Shown: positions 18,340 to 28,091 of the stretch, piece by piece
How the letters are laid out: each line of letters opens with the position of its first letter
Numbering within the stretch: the stretch's first letter is position 1
Assembly (NCBI GenBank): GCA_964523975.1
Contig: CAZGBM010000003.1
Span: 1-56,339, forward strand
Source of the DNA: an uncultured bacterium
Lineage (GTDB): Bacteria; Hydrothermota; UBA3072
Direction: 5' to 3'
DNA: 56,339 nucleotides
The notes under the pieces: generated by a model
Database searches by the model: none
What the model saw: only the letters and a program-made list of their open reading frames with translations
Told to the model about the DNA's origin: nothing
Position numbers and translations under genes: made by a program

Positions 18340-18795
18340 ATGAATAAAAAAATTCCCAAAAATAAAGTCGCGCTCTGGAAGAAAATCATAGGAAGTTCGT
18401 TTCTCTTAGGGAAAATCAAAGGCGGAGGAACGTATTCGTCTGTAGCCGCCGGGTTACTTCTGTTTTTTTTCCTAAATTGGACTTCACCCTATTATTTTAT
18501 AATTCTTTTCGTGGTCTTGTCATTGAGTATGTTCTTATCCCTTGAAATTAAGGATGACCCCTCCTGGTTTACTTTTGACGAAGTTGCCGGGACAATGGTA
18601 ACATTTGCTTTTCACAATAAAGATTTATCGACGTTGATAATCGGGTTGATTCTATTTCGTCTGTTCGACATTTTTAAAATTCCTCTTATAAAAAAAGTCG
18701 AACATTTTAAGAGTGGAATAGTCCTTGACGATATTATAGCAGGACTATTGGCAAGTATCTTCTTATTTGTCTTGCACTCCCTCAAGCCTTTATAA
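18340..18795 (+). CDS. pgpA: Phosphatidylglycerophosphatase A
   Basis: GTYSS, DPSWFTFDEVAG, LFRLFDIFK, GIVLDDIIAG. Confidence 0.88.
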   Translation: MNKKIPKNKVALWKKIIGSSFLLGKIKGGGTYSSVAAGLLLFFFLNWTSPYYFIILFVVLSLSMFLSLEIKDDPSWFTFDEVAGTMVTFAFHNKDLSTLIIGLILFRLFDIFKIPLIKKVEHFKSGIVLDDIIAGLLASIFLFVLHSLKPL

Positions 18796-19286
18796 TGCAA
18801 AAAACCACTCTAAAATTACTTGAGAATATCGGAAATCTTCTGCGAGAGAAAGGATGGACAATTTCCGTTGCCGAATCCTGCACCGGAGGTCTGATTGGTA
18901 GTCTTTTAACCTCTGTTCCCGGTAGCTCGGATTATTTCCTTGGAGGAATAATAGCTTACTCCGATAAAATAAAGATTGGAGTGCTTTCTATCTCTGCTTT
19001 GACTTTGAGAAAGTTCGGCGCAGTCTCCGAAGAGGTTGTAGGAGAGATGGCTTCCGGAATAAAAAAACTTATTAAAACCGATGTCGGGATAGCCGTTTCG
19101 GGGATTGCGGGACCCACCGGAGGAAGCGAAAAAAAACCGGTTGGGACTATCGCTCTGGGAGTTGACATTCCGGGGAAGATAATTACTAATATAGTGCATT
19201 TTGAGGGAGAAAGGAATCGGATAAGAGAGAAGGCAGGTATAAAAGTTTTAGAAATGCTAAAAAAACTGCTGGAGGAGATAAAATAA
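18795..19286 (+). CDS. CinA C-terminal domain / NMN deamidase (PncC)
   Basis: SVAESCTGGLI, GSSDYFLGG, GAVSEEV, SGIAGPTGGS...KPVGT. Confidence 0.9.
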   Translation: MQKTTLKLLENIGNLLREKGWTISVAESCTGGLIGSLLTSVPGSSDYFLGGIIAYSDKIKIGVLSISALTLRKFGAVSEEVVGEMASGIKKLIKTDVGIAVSGIAGPTGGSEKKPVGTIALGVDIPGKIITNIVHFEGERNRIREKAGIKVLEMLKKLLEEIK

Positions 19287-19822
19287 GACTGTTCTCTGCA
19301 ATTACCATACCGGAAAAAGCAAAAGATTTAATTTCAGCTCTTTACGTTAATCTCAAAGCCCCGCCTTCCGTTAAATGGGTGGAAAAAGAAAATTTGCATA
19401 TTACTATGAAGTTTTTCGGAGAGACGGATAAGCTCGTTTCAATCAAAGAAAAGCTGAGCGAATTGGAGGGAGAAATTGCTCCGTTTAGTGTCTCCCTGAA
19501 AGGAATAGGTGCTTTCCCTTCCGCACAAAGAGCGATGGTCCTCTGGGTCGGAATCGAAGAGGGGCAAAACAATCTCAAAGAATTGTTTTCATCTATCGAA
19601 AATAAAATAGTAAATCTTGGTTTCGAGAAGGAAGATAGAGCTTTTTCTCCGCACATAACATTCGGAAGGATAAAAAAGGGAAAGTACAGTTTACCGGAAA
19701 ACCTTGACTTCTCGTTCGACTCTTTCCCCGTAAATGAGTTAACTCTTTTTAAGAGCACCCTGACGCCAAAAGGGCCGATATATGAAGTCGCTTATCAGGT
19801 TCCCTTAGGAGGCAAATCTTGA
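19283..19822 (+). CDS. thpR: RNA 2',3'-cyclic phosphodiesterase (2'-5' RNA ligase)
   Basis: Two HxT motifs (NLHITMKF, PHITFGR). The canonical N-terminus (M)RLFSAI begins at an ATA codon at 19283 behind GGAGGAG. Confidence 0.88.
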   Translation: MRLFSAITIPEKAKDLISALYVNLKAPPSVKWVEKENLHITMKFFGETDKLVSIKEKLSELEGEIAPFSVSLKGIGAFPSAQRAMVLWVGIEEGQNNLKELFSSIENKIVNLGFEKEDRAFSPHITFGRIKKGKYSLPENLDFSFDSFPVNELTLFKSTLTPKGPIYEVAYQVPLGGKS

Positions 19823-20817
19823 CTTTTTATCCACCGATAGCATACCTTTTTGTAACCCTTATGCTTGCTTTTATGACTGCTTCAATCAAGAAATCTCAGA
19901 TAATCGACTTCTTCGGCGAAAAAATCCTGAAAGATTCGAACGAACAAAAAGCAACTCTCTTGCTCGTCGCATTATCTTTTATCCTGGCGCCCTTTTTTCT
20001 CTCTTTTGTTCTTATTTCTACTTTCGATAAATGGCTCCTGCGCTTTCAAGAAAAGAAGAAAACATTAACCTTACTGGTCGCCTCCGCCTTAATGGGAAGC
20101 ATAATCACTCCATTCGGGAACCTCAGTAATGTTTTCATATCCATAGCCTCGGGTAACGGGAAACCGAATTTGAATGTCTCTGCTTTTGTCTCGATAATGT
20201 TGCCTTTATGGATATCAGGCCTTGTGATTATTCTTGTTATGACTTATTTTCTATGCAGTAAAAATAAAATAAAAGAAACAGGCAGCACCGTCCAGTGGAG
20301 AAAAAAAGAGCTGATTTTCTCGCTGGTCCTTTTCTTTTTTATATTCGGATATTTTAATGCTGGAAAACACTATAATCTAAATCTGTTCGGCTTAATTATC
20401 TTGGGAGGAGTTTTTACAATTGCTTTTATGGGGACCGAACCCTTAAAGGCTGTAAACTGGTGGCTTTTGATACCTGTAGGAGTTTCCTTTGTGGTTTACT
20501 ACCTGTTCCGGTTCTTTCCTTTGGACGGTTTTAAACTTAATCCGCTGATAATGTATTGTATCGGCAGTCTCAGCTCGGCAGGGCTTTCATCCAATGTTGT
20601 TTCATTCGTACTTCCTTTATTAAAATATGATGTGAACCTTATCCTGTATTCGGTTTCAGTCGGAAGTCTTGCGGGAATGCTTGGTTCCTACGAATCGATA
20701 TTGGTCTGGAGAAAAGGAAGAACAAAAATCAAATGGAGTTTGATGTTTGAAATATTTGCTATATTTTTACTAATATCTCTCATAATACTCTTTAAGAGAG
20801 GAGGTCTTTATGGATAA
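19819..20817 (+). CDS. ArsB/NhaD/SLC13-like membrane transporter (short, divergent)
   Basis: Many TM helices; [12 protein letters not shown] motif. Confidence 0.6.
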   Translation: MTFYPPIAYLFVTLMLAFMTASIKKSQIIDFFGEKILKDSNEQKATLLLVALSFILAPFFLSFVLISTFDKWLLRFQEKKKTLTLLVASALMGSIITPFGNLSNVFISIASGNGKPNLNVSAFVSIMLPLWISGLVIILVMTYFLCSKNKIKETGSTVQWRKKELIFSLVLFFFIFGYFNAGKHYNLNLFGLIILGGVFTIAFMGTEPLKAVNWWLLIPVGVSFVVYYLFRFFPLDGFKLNPLIMYCIGSLSSAGLSSNVVSFVLPLLKYDVNLILYSVSVGSLAGMLGSYESILVWRKGRTKIKWSLMFEIFAIFLLISLIILFKRGGLYG

Positions 20818-21850
20818 AGATAAAGAAAAAGCTCTTGATTCGGTGATGAGCAAAATAAACAAGCAATACGGAGAAGGAGCTTTAATGAAACTGGGTAGCA
20901 AAAAAACAGTAGAGGTGCCTTATATACCGACAGGTTCTCTTTCACTCGATGCCGCACTCGGAATAGGAGGAATACCCAAAGGTAGAGCCATCGAAATATA
21001 CGGCATGGAAGCTTCGGGTAAAACTACTCTTGCACTCCATATTGCCGCCGAATCACAGAAAAGAGGAGGAACGGTCGCTTTTATAGACGTGGAGCATGCC
21101 CTTGACCCTAAGTACGCTAAAAGACTCGGCGTTAATACGGAAAATTTACTGATATCCCAGCCCGATACGGGAGAAGAAGCTTTAGAGATAGCCGAAATGC
21201 TGGTTAGAAGCGGAGCCGTGGACTTGATTGAAATCGACTCGGTCGCAGCCCTGGTACCGAAAGCTGAAATCGAAGGAGAGATGGGAGACGCTCATATGGG
21301 GCTAAGAGCCCGTCTTATGTCACAGGCACTAAGAAAATTAACAGGTGTTCTGAGTAAAGCTTCGACTTCCGCTATTTTTATAAATCAGGTGAGGCAGAAA
21401 ATAGGAATCTCCTTTGGGAATCCCTACACCACGCCCGGAGGTCTGGCGCTCAAATTTCACGCATCGGTACGAATGGATATCAGAAGAATCAGTACTTTAC
21501 AGCAAGGGGAGGAGTCAATAGGTATAAGGGTAAAAGTTAAAGTCGTGAAAAACAAACTTGCACCGCCTTTCAAGGAAGCTGAGTTCGATATAATGTACGG
21601 TATAGGTATATCTAAAGAAGGTGAAATTCTTGATATCGGGCAATCCTTGAAACTTATAGAAAAGTCCGGAGCCTGGTATACTTACGGCGAGACTTCACTC
21701 GGTCAGGGAAGAGAAAACGTAAAACTTTTTCTCAAGGAAAACCCCGAAATATCGGCGGAATTAGAAAGCAAAATAAAAAAGGAATTAAACATCTCCCATG
21801 AGCAGGATAACCAGGATAGAGGAGCAGAAGAAGAAAAAGACAAGAGTTAA
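20810..21850 (+). CDS. recA: Recombinase RecA
   Basis: [40 protein letters not shown]. Confidence 0.98.
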   Translation: MDKDKEKALDSVMSKINKQYGEGALMKLGSKKTVEVPYIPTGSLSLDAALGIGGIPKGRAIEIYGMEASGKTTLALHIAAESQKRGGTVAFIDVEHALDPKYAKRLGVNTENLLISQPDTGEEALEIAEMLVRSGAVDLIEIDSVAALVPKAEIEGEMGDAHMGLRARLMSQALRKLTGVLSKASTSAIFINQVRQKIGISFGNPYTTPGGLALKFHASVRMDIRRISTLQQGEESIGIRVKVKVVKNKLAPPFKEAEFDIMYGIGISKEGEILDIGQSLKLIEKSGAWYTYGETSLGQGRENVKLFLKENPEISAELESKIKKELNISHEQDNQDRGAEEEKDKS

Positions 21851-22403
21851 CATATATATAGACGGCGAGTTTTCTTTCGGTCTATATAAAGATACAGTCG
21901 TCAAATATCATCTTTATGAAGGTAAAGAAATTACCCAAGAGCAAATATCTTCTATAAGGGAATTCGAAAAACTTACCGAAGCAAAAGAAAAAGTCAGAAA
22001 CTACATTTCATATAGAGAAAGGTCAAAAAAAGAAATAAAAGACTATCTTACCAATAAAGGTGTTCAAGAAGAAGTGGCGAAAGAAGTACTGGATGATTTC
22101 GAGAATGCGAATTTGATTGACGATAATAGATTTGCCTTGTCCTGGGTAAAAAACAGAAATAAAATTAACCCTAAAGGCAATTTCGCTCTTAAGATGGAAT
22201 TGAGGGACAAAGGAGTGGATGAAAACGAAATAGAAAATTTATTACAATCCGTCGACGAGAAAGAAAACGCGCGAAAAGCGCTGGAAAAAGCAATTAAAAA
22301 ATACGGTAAGAAAAGTGCTTCAAAGAAGAAAATACTTGAATATCTAAAACGCAGGGGCTTTGAGTTCCAAACCGCGCTGGATGTGATAAACGAAGTCTTG
22401 TGA
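21798..22403 (+). CDS. recX: RecA regulator RecX
   Basis: Follows recA; [35 protein letters not shown]. Confidence 0.88.
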   Translation: MSRITRIEEQKKKKTRVNIYIDGEFSFGLYKDTVVKYHLYEGKEITQEQISSIREFEKLTEAKEKVRNYISYRERSKKEIKDYLTNKGVQEEVAKEVLDDFENANLIDDNRFALSWVKNRNKINPKGNFALKMELRDKGVDENEIENLLQSVDEKENARKALEKAIKKYGKKSASKKKILEYLKRRGFEFQTALDVINEVL

Positions 22404-23332
22404 ATATTGAAATAAAGATAAAAAATAAGGCTAAGAAAATAGGATTCAACCTTGTAGGGATAACCGACCTGGAACCTTCCATTTATCAAAAGGAATATAG
22501 AAATTCTGTACAAAAAGACATGTATGGTGGTTTTGAATATTTGAGGGAAACAGAAAAAGAAAGACTTTTCCCCAAGGTGAAGTTTCCCTGGGCGAGGAGC
22601 GTTGTGGTTCTGGGGTTAAATTACTGGCAGGGGAATTTTCCTCCACTTGAACCAGGAGAAGTCCGTATATCAAGATATGCTCTGGCTAGAGATTATCATA
22701 GCGTTATCGGCGAAAAATTATTTCTTCTTTCGAAATTTATTGAGGAGCAAACCGGAACAAAAAAAATAAAATATTATACGGATACGGGAACCCTTCTCGA
22801 AAAGGAGTTTGCCCAGAGAGCGGGTCTCGGGTGGATAGGTAAAAACACAATATTAATAACGGAAGAATTCGGGTCCTGGGTATTTCTGGGAGAGATACTT
22901 CTCGACATTGAACTAAAATCCGACGAAGAAAAGGACAACAAATGTAAAGACTGCGATATTTGTATCTCTTCCTGTCCGAGTAATGCTTTTCTCAGACCAT
23001 ATTCTTTGAATGCCGAAAAATGCACTGCGTACCATACTATCAATAAAAAAAACGGGTTGCCGAACTGGTTTCCTTCTCCTTCGAATGAGTACATATTCGG
23101 CTGTGATATATGCCAGGAAGTATGTCCTTTCAACAGTAATGCGAAAGCGACCAGAACAAAAGATTTCTTTCCCGATGAAAGAAAGATAAATCCTTCTCTC
23201 AGGTACCTTGAATCTCTATCAGAAGAAGATTTTGAAAGTTTGTTCGATAACACTTCAATTGGTTGGGCGGGGAGAGACGTACTGCTCAGGAACCTAAACG
23301 CTTTTAGAAAACAAAAAACCTTTTTGTATTAA
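22400..23332 (+). CDS. queG: Epoxyqueuosine reductase
   Basis: ISRYA..RDYH, AGLGWIGKN, GSWVFLGE, CKDCDICISSCP, GCDICQEVCPFN. Confidence 0.93.
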   Translation: MNIEIKIKNKAKKIGFNLVGITDLEPSIYQKEYRNSVQKDMYGGFEYLRETEKERLFPKVKFPWARSVVVLGLNYWQGNFPPLEPGEVRISRYALARDYHSVIGEKLFLLSKFIEEQTGTKKIKYYTDTGTLLEKEFAQRAGLGWIGKNTILITEEFGSWVFLGEILLDIELKSDEEKDNKCKDCDICISSCPSNAFLRPYSLNAEKCTAYHTINKKNGLPNWFPSPSNEYIFGCDICQEVCPFNSNAKATRTKDFFPDERKINPSLRYLESLSEEDFESLFDNTSIGWAGRDVLLRNLNAFRKQKTFLY

Positions 23333-23340
23333 CAATCGAT

Positions 23341-23628
23341 TGAAATTAAATATCAAAAATTAAAAAGCGAAATGATTTAGTACGCTATCAGCCATCCTGT
23401 TTCTGCTTTCCGCTAAACTCAACCCCACACACCATTTTTTAACATGTAGAAAATGTAGAACCTGTAGTTTTTTGTTTTTAATTCTATATGGACTACATGA
23501 CCTACATGTGCAATTTTTTTTGTTTTTTATGCGGTTAGCCGTAAGCGGTAAGCCGAAAGCGATTTATTGATATTTGATTTTTTAAATTCAGTGGCTTTGC
23601 CACTTGGCGTTCTTTGCATCTCTGCGGT
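23341..23628. repeat. Nested inverted tandem-repeat arrays (A-B-C-C'-B'-A') plus a trailing arm
   Basis: 9-mer catgtagaa x3 vs ctacatg x3; 7-mer tttccgc array vs gcggtaa array; AT-rich 7-mer aaatatc vs gatattt; trailing cttggcgttctttgcatctctgcggt. Confidence 0.75.
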
Positions 23629-23643
23629 CAATCACGGTTCAAC

Positions 23644-25266
23644 TCAAAAACCGAATATTTTCTTCATTTTAATTTCAACTTCCCCGGCTTCTTTCTCCAT
23701 ATTTTTTTCTCTATAATCTCTAATAAGAAGCTCGTATAATTTCCTGTTTGTAGGGTTTAATTCGATTGCCTTCAAAAGAAATGCTTCGGCAGTAGCATCG
23801 GCATCTTCATTTTTTATATTTTTTTTATGTCTTTTAAAAAACTCATATTTTTTAAAAGGTAATTCCCAATCGATCGGATTACTTTCCATAGCCCTTGAAT
23901 GCAGGTAAAAAGCAAAAGACAGATATCCAACCATTCCGGTTTCATAGAACAACTGCTCGTTCGCCATGGCGAGAGATGTGGAATAAGCAGGCAGGGGCCA
24001 TAGTGATTCTGCCAGAGAAAGATAATACAGGGCTTTTCCGTATTTCTGGTTGTTAAACTCTTTTTCTCCTTTCTTTTCTAAAAAATATGCGGATAAAGGT
24101 ATCAGATAAATGAAAGATAGCAAAACGAATATAAACTTAACCGGTAACGAAAATCTGGCCTTATACTCTTCCGGTGAGTCGTCTGCCGTGAAAAGGAGAA
24201 CAATGAAAATGAGGAAATTTGCGGGAAGGTACAAAACATTATCGAATAGTGAATGAATGAAAACAACCGTCATTAAAATTCTCTCAAATTTGCCGATTTT
24301 TTTAAAATTCATAAAGAACACAACAAATAAATATAGATAGGCTAAAAATAAAATTATTCCGCCTTCGGCAAAATAATACAGGAATTCATTATGCGCGATT
24401 TTTGCCTTTCTTGAATAATTTCCTCGTACAGGAAAATTATACCGAAGAGAAGCTTTTTCAAAACTTCTTAACCCCCAGCCGGATAAAGGTCTGTCCAGCC
24501 CCGTCTTTATTGCCTGTTTCCAGATATTCGGACGCTGAAGAGAATACACCTCTACTTTCCCAGTTACCCTTTTCTTAACGGGGTTAGGTACTAAAAGCAC
24601 AAATCCCAGCAGAATCGGGGCAACAAGCGCGAGGATTTTACGCTTAAAAAGGAAAAAAGGCAAAACGAGAATTAGGACGAGCACAATTCTCGAGCCTGTA
24701 AGAATTGAAAAAATAAAAAACAGTACCATTAAAGAATATCTTATTATTTTATTTTTTAGACTTAAACTGTAAACGAAACCAAAAACAAGTGGAAACACGA
24801 AAAAATTAGCGTATCCGTAAGTGCCTTTAACTCTCGGCAAACCAATTTGGAAAAAACAAAAAATAAGTTCAATCAAACAAAATACGAAAATACTAGATAA
24901 TAACAATTTTTTATCCGGTTTGATTAAAAGCAAGGAAACAAAAAAAACAAGATAAACAAAATACTCTAAGAATCCTTCCATCGAGGATAATAAAGCGGGA
25001 GAAAACAAGGTTACAACGAATGAAGCGACGGTAAAAATCGTTAGTGGCAGAAGAAATCTGTTTTTTCGAATACTGGTTTCTTTACTTGTAAATAAGAAAA
25101 CGGAGAAGAGAATAACCATATAAAATCCCATCAAATAGATAGTTGCTGGCGTTTCGCCACCTTTGTAAAAGCCGGTGGCAAATATGGGTATAGAACAAAC
25201 GATGAGTTTAGTTGATTCTCTATTTTCTGTTTTCAGCTGTTTGCTAAAAAAAAGATTTTCGGGCAT
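23644..25266 (-). CDS. O-antigen ligase (Wzy_C/WaaL-like) membrane protein with TPR-like C-terminus
   Basis: Many TMs; SILTGSR, RPNIWKQAI, GWGLRSF, AHNEFL motifs. Confidence 0.85.
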   Translation of the reverse strand: MPENLFFSKQLKTENRESTKLIVCSIPIFATGFYKGGETPATIYLMGFYMVILFSVFLFTSKETSIRKNRFLLPLTIFTVASFVVTLFSPALLSSMEGFLEYFVYLVFFVSLLLIKPDKKLLLSSIFVFCLIELIFCFFQIGLPRVKGTYGYANFFVFPLVFGFVYSLSLKNKIIRYSLMVLFFIFSILTGSRIVLVLILVLPFFLFKRKILALVAPILLGFVLLVPNPVKKRVTGKVEVYSLQRPNIWKQAIKTGLDRPLSGWGLRSFEKASLRYNFPVRGNYSRKAKIAHNEFLYYFAEGGIILFLAYLYLFVVFFMNFKKIGKFERILMTVVFIHSLFDNVLYLPANFLIFIVLLFTADDSPEEYKARFSLPVKFIFVLLSFIYLIPLSAYFLEKKGEKEFNNQKYGKALYYLSLAESLWPLPAYSTSLAMANEQLFYETGMVGYLSFAFYLHSRAMESNPIDWELPFKKYEFFKRHKKNIKNEDADATAEAFLLKAIELNPTNRKLYELLIRDYREKNMEKEAGEVEIKMKKIFGF

Positions 25267-25267
25267 C

Positions 25268-25843
25268 TTAACTGATGCATTTGACTTTTAGCTTATTTAT
25301 TTTTCTGTATTTCTTGCCACATTTATCGCAAGCCGTTTCCTCATCAGTAAAAACAATTTTATTTCCGCATTCACACACCCAGCCCTTAATTTTTGCCGGC
25401 ACTCCATAGACCATTGCATAGTCCGGAACATCTCTTGTTATAACAGAACCTGCTCCAGCAAAAGAGTGTTTTCCAAGGGTAACACCACAAACTATGGTAG
25501 AATTTGCTCCTATTGTTGCTCCTTTTTTAACAAGAGTTTTCAAATATTCGCTTTTATCTTTTGGATAAGCTGAACGTGGAGTACTAACGTTGGTAAAAAC
25601 CATAGAAGGGCCGCAAAATACATTGTCCTCCAAGGTTACCCCTTCATAGACCGAGACATTATTCTGAATTTTTACATTATTTCCAATCTTAACATTGGGA
25701 CCGATACATACATTCTGACCAATGACGCAATTTTCTCCAACATTAACATTAGATAATATATGGGAAAAATGCCAGATTTTAGTGCCTTTTCCAATTTTGA
25801 TATTTTCATCTATATAAACTGACTCATGTACAAAATATTCCAT
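25268..25843 (-). CDS. Hexapeptide-repeat N-acetyltransferase (WbpD/WlbB-like)
   Basis: [48 protein letters not shown]. Confidence 0.9.
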   Translation of the reverse strand: MEYFVHESVYIDENIKIGKGTKIWHFSHILSNVNVGENCVIGQNVCIGPNVKIGNNVKIQNNVSVYEGVTLEDNVFCGPSMVFTNVSTPRSAYPKDKSEYLKTLVKKGATIGANSTIVCGVTLGKHSFAGAGSVITRDVPDYAMVYGVPAKIKGWVCECGNKIVFTDEETACDKCGKKYRKINKLKVKCIS

Positions 25844-26821
25844 TTATCTCTTCTTCTCCAGAGACTTCTGGGCTTCCCTCAAAATTTTTAACACCTGGAG
25901 CCCGCTATCACCATCGCTCTTTGGCTTTTTACCGTTTTCCACGCAATCGATGAAATGTTCACAGACTGCCTTTAAAGGTTCATATAAAGGAATACTCGGT
26001 ATATAGATATCTCCGTAACGAACACTAATTCCACCTTTTTCTGTCCATTCAACGCCTTTATCAAAAATCGTCAGTTTGTTTCTCGGTTCCATATCATCAA
26101 AAACCACCATTTTCTTATCACCCACAATGGTCAACTTTCTTGTTTTATGAGGGTCAAGCCAGCTAAGATGAGCATGGGCGTCTACGCCAGAGGGGAAACT
26201 CAAATGAAGAAAAACAGCGTCTTCAATCTCCTGGCTTTCCTGGATATACACACCTCCGGAAGCTTCAATTCGCGAAGGAAACTCATTTAATAAATATAGC
26301 ACAACCGAAATATCATGGGGGCCCAGGCTCCACAAGGCATTTTCTTTAGAACGTACCACACCTAAGTTAAGCCGTTGACTGTATAAATAATATATTTTTC
26401 CAAGTTCTTCTTTCTCTATAAGTTCTTTTATTTTACAGACAATGGGATGATAAACAAGTAGATGATCTACCATTAACGTTAACTTGTTTCTATCTGCGAT
26501 TTCTATTAATTCTTCGGCTTCTTCTATTTCAAGAGCAATAGGCTTTTCCACCAAAACGTGTTTGCCTGCAAGGAGAGCTTTTTTTGTGATTTCGTAATGA
26601 CTTTCAGCAGGGGTTGCTATTACGATTAAATCAATTTTATTGTTAGAAATAATTTTATCGGGATTGAGAAAAGTTTCAATACCCGAAAACTCGGATTCTA
26701 TTGATGAAAGTCTACTTTCATCTAAATCGCAGACTGCTACATTATCTGTTCTTGAAATTTTACAAAAATTTCTAACCAAATTGATTCCCCAATTTCCTGC
26801 TCCGATTATTCCTAATTTCAT
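25844..26821 (-). CDS. Gfo/Idh/MocA oxidoreductase (WbpB-like)
   Basis: GIIGAGNWG, HVLVEKP, WSLGPHDIS; GGAG RBS before the ATG at 26821. Confidence 0.88.
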   Translation of the reverse strand: MKLGIIGAGNWGINLVRNFCKISRTDNVAVCDLDESRLSSIESEFSGIETFLNPDKIISNNKIDLIVIATPAESHYEITKKALLAGKHVLVEKPIALEIEEAEELIEIADRNKLTLMVDHLLVYHPIVCKIKELIEKEELGKIYYLYSQRLNLGVVRSKENALWSLGPHDISVVLYLLNEFPSRIEASGGVYIQESQEIEDAVFLHLSFPSGVDAHAHLSWLDPHKTRKLTIVGDKKMVVFDDMEPRNKLTIFDKGVEWTEKGGISVRYGDIYIPSIPLYEPLKAVCEHFIDCVENGKKPKSDGDSGLQVLKILREAQKSLEKKR

Positions 26822-26839
26822 CAAGTCTCCAATTAATTC

Positions 26840-26868
26840 AATATACAAAGCCTTGAGGAAAGTGTCAA
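26840..26868 (-). promoter_or_regulatory. Putative sigma70-type promoter of the oxidoreductase-acetyltransferase-ligase unit
   Basis: TTGACA-17 nt-TATATT. Confidence 0.7.
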
Positions 26869-26878
26869 GTAGGGCTAC

Positions 26879-26906
26879 TTGAAAATAAGTATTAACATAG
26901 TATATT
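26879..26906 (+). promoter_or_regulatory. Putative divergent promoter of the GT4 gene
   Basis: TTGAAA-16 nt-TATATT, 9 nt before the ATG. Confidence 0.45.
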
Positions 26907-26915
26907 AATGCTTAA

Positions 26916-28052
26916 ATGGCAAAACACAAGATTTTATTTGTTGCACGAATGTATCCCTCGATTAAAAGTCCGGTTCCGGGGATTTTTATAAAAGAACACG
27001 CTAAAGCTGTTTCCTTATATGAGGAAGTAGTAGTAATTACTTCGGAATATAGTCGGGAAATACAAAGTATATATAAGATTGAGGACGATATGAAGGAAGG
27101 AATTCGCGTCTTACGTGTCTGGTGTCATAAATTGCCAATACCTAAAATCACTTATTTTATATCTTTATGGGGGATTTTTTCTGCTTTTCGCATTCTCTTA
27201 AAAGAAAGATGGAGACCAGATATAATTCATGCGCATTTTTACTCTGCAGGGGTTCCAGCTATAATTTTAGGAAAATATTATAAGATACCAGTAGTTATTT
27301 CGGAACATTTTAGTGGTTTTCCCCGACGCATGATAAAGGGATTTGACAAACTTAAAGCTATCTTTGCCTTGAATAGAGCAGAATTAATAATCTCAGTAAG
27401 CGAAAATCTAATCGAATACATACAACTTTATGGCATAGAAAATATATTTAAGGTAATTCCGAATGCAGTTGATACGAAAGTTTTTCATCCGGCGAGTGAG
27501 AGAAAGTTCCGAACCACAAAAAAACTTCTTCTCGTCGCCTCGTTAATCCCCATAAAGGGAATTTCTTATTTGTTAGAATCACTCACGAAACTCAAAGAAA
27601 AGCGAAATGATTTTCTTTTAGATATTATTGGTGATGGAGCAGACAAAAAGAGATATGAAAAGTATGCTTACGAACTGGGGGTTCAAGATAAAGTGAATTT
27701 CCGTGGCTTGAAAACAAAGGAAGAAATAGCCCAATTTATGAGGAATGCCGATATTTTCATTTTACCAAGTATATGGGAAAATTTGCCGTGTGTTCTTATT
27801 GAAGCAATGGCTTGTGGTCTACCAATAATTGCTACGGAGGTAGGCGGAGTCCCCGAAATTATGAATAAAAAAACAGGAATAATGATACCATCAAAGGATA
27901 AAGAAGCATTATCCGCTGCCATTTCATATATGTTAGACCATGTTCAAGACTATTCTAAGGAACAAATAGCTTCCTATGCTAAAAGGAAATTCAGTCTTGA
28001 GGTTGTAGGCAAACGGTTTGACAATATTTACAAAAAGCTTTTGCATAGTTAA
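26916..28052 (+). CDS. GT4 family glycosyltransferase
   Basis: PDIIHAHF, ENLPCVLIEAMACGLPIIATEVGG. Confidence 0.92.
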   Translation: MAKHKILFVARMYPSIKSPVPGIFIKEHAKAVSLYEEVVVITSEYSREIQSIYKIEDDMKEGIRVLRVWCHKLPIPKITYFISLWGIFSAFRILLKERWRPDIIHAHFYSAGVPAIILGKYYKIPVVISEHFSGFPRRMIKGFDKLKAIFALNRAELIISVSENLIEYIQLYGIENIFKVIPNAVDTKVFHPASERKFRTTKKLLLVASLIPIKGISYLLESLTKLKEKRNDFLLDIIGDGADKKRYEKYAYELGVQDKVNFRGLKTKEEIAQFMRNADIFILPSIWENLPCVLIEAMACGLPIIATEVGGVPEIMNKKTGIMIPSKDKEALSAAISYMLDHVQDYSKEQIASYAKRKFSLEVVGKRFDNIYKKLLHS

Positions 28053-28091
28053 AGACTTCGGGTAAAATATTTATAATTAGGAAAAGTTACT

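Noticed and set aside
21798-21850. 53-nt recA/recX overlap (and 68-nt scpB/rluB overlap) as programmed frameshifts
   Set aside because: Both downstream genes have their own ATG and the overlaps encode low-complexity tails; no slippery site with stimulator was evident
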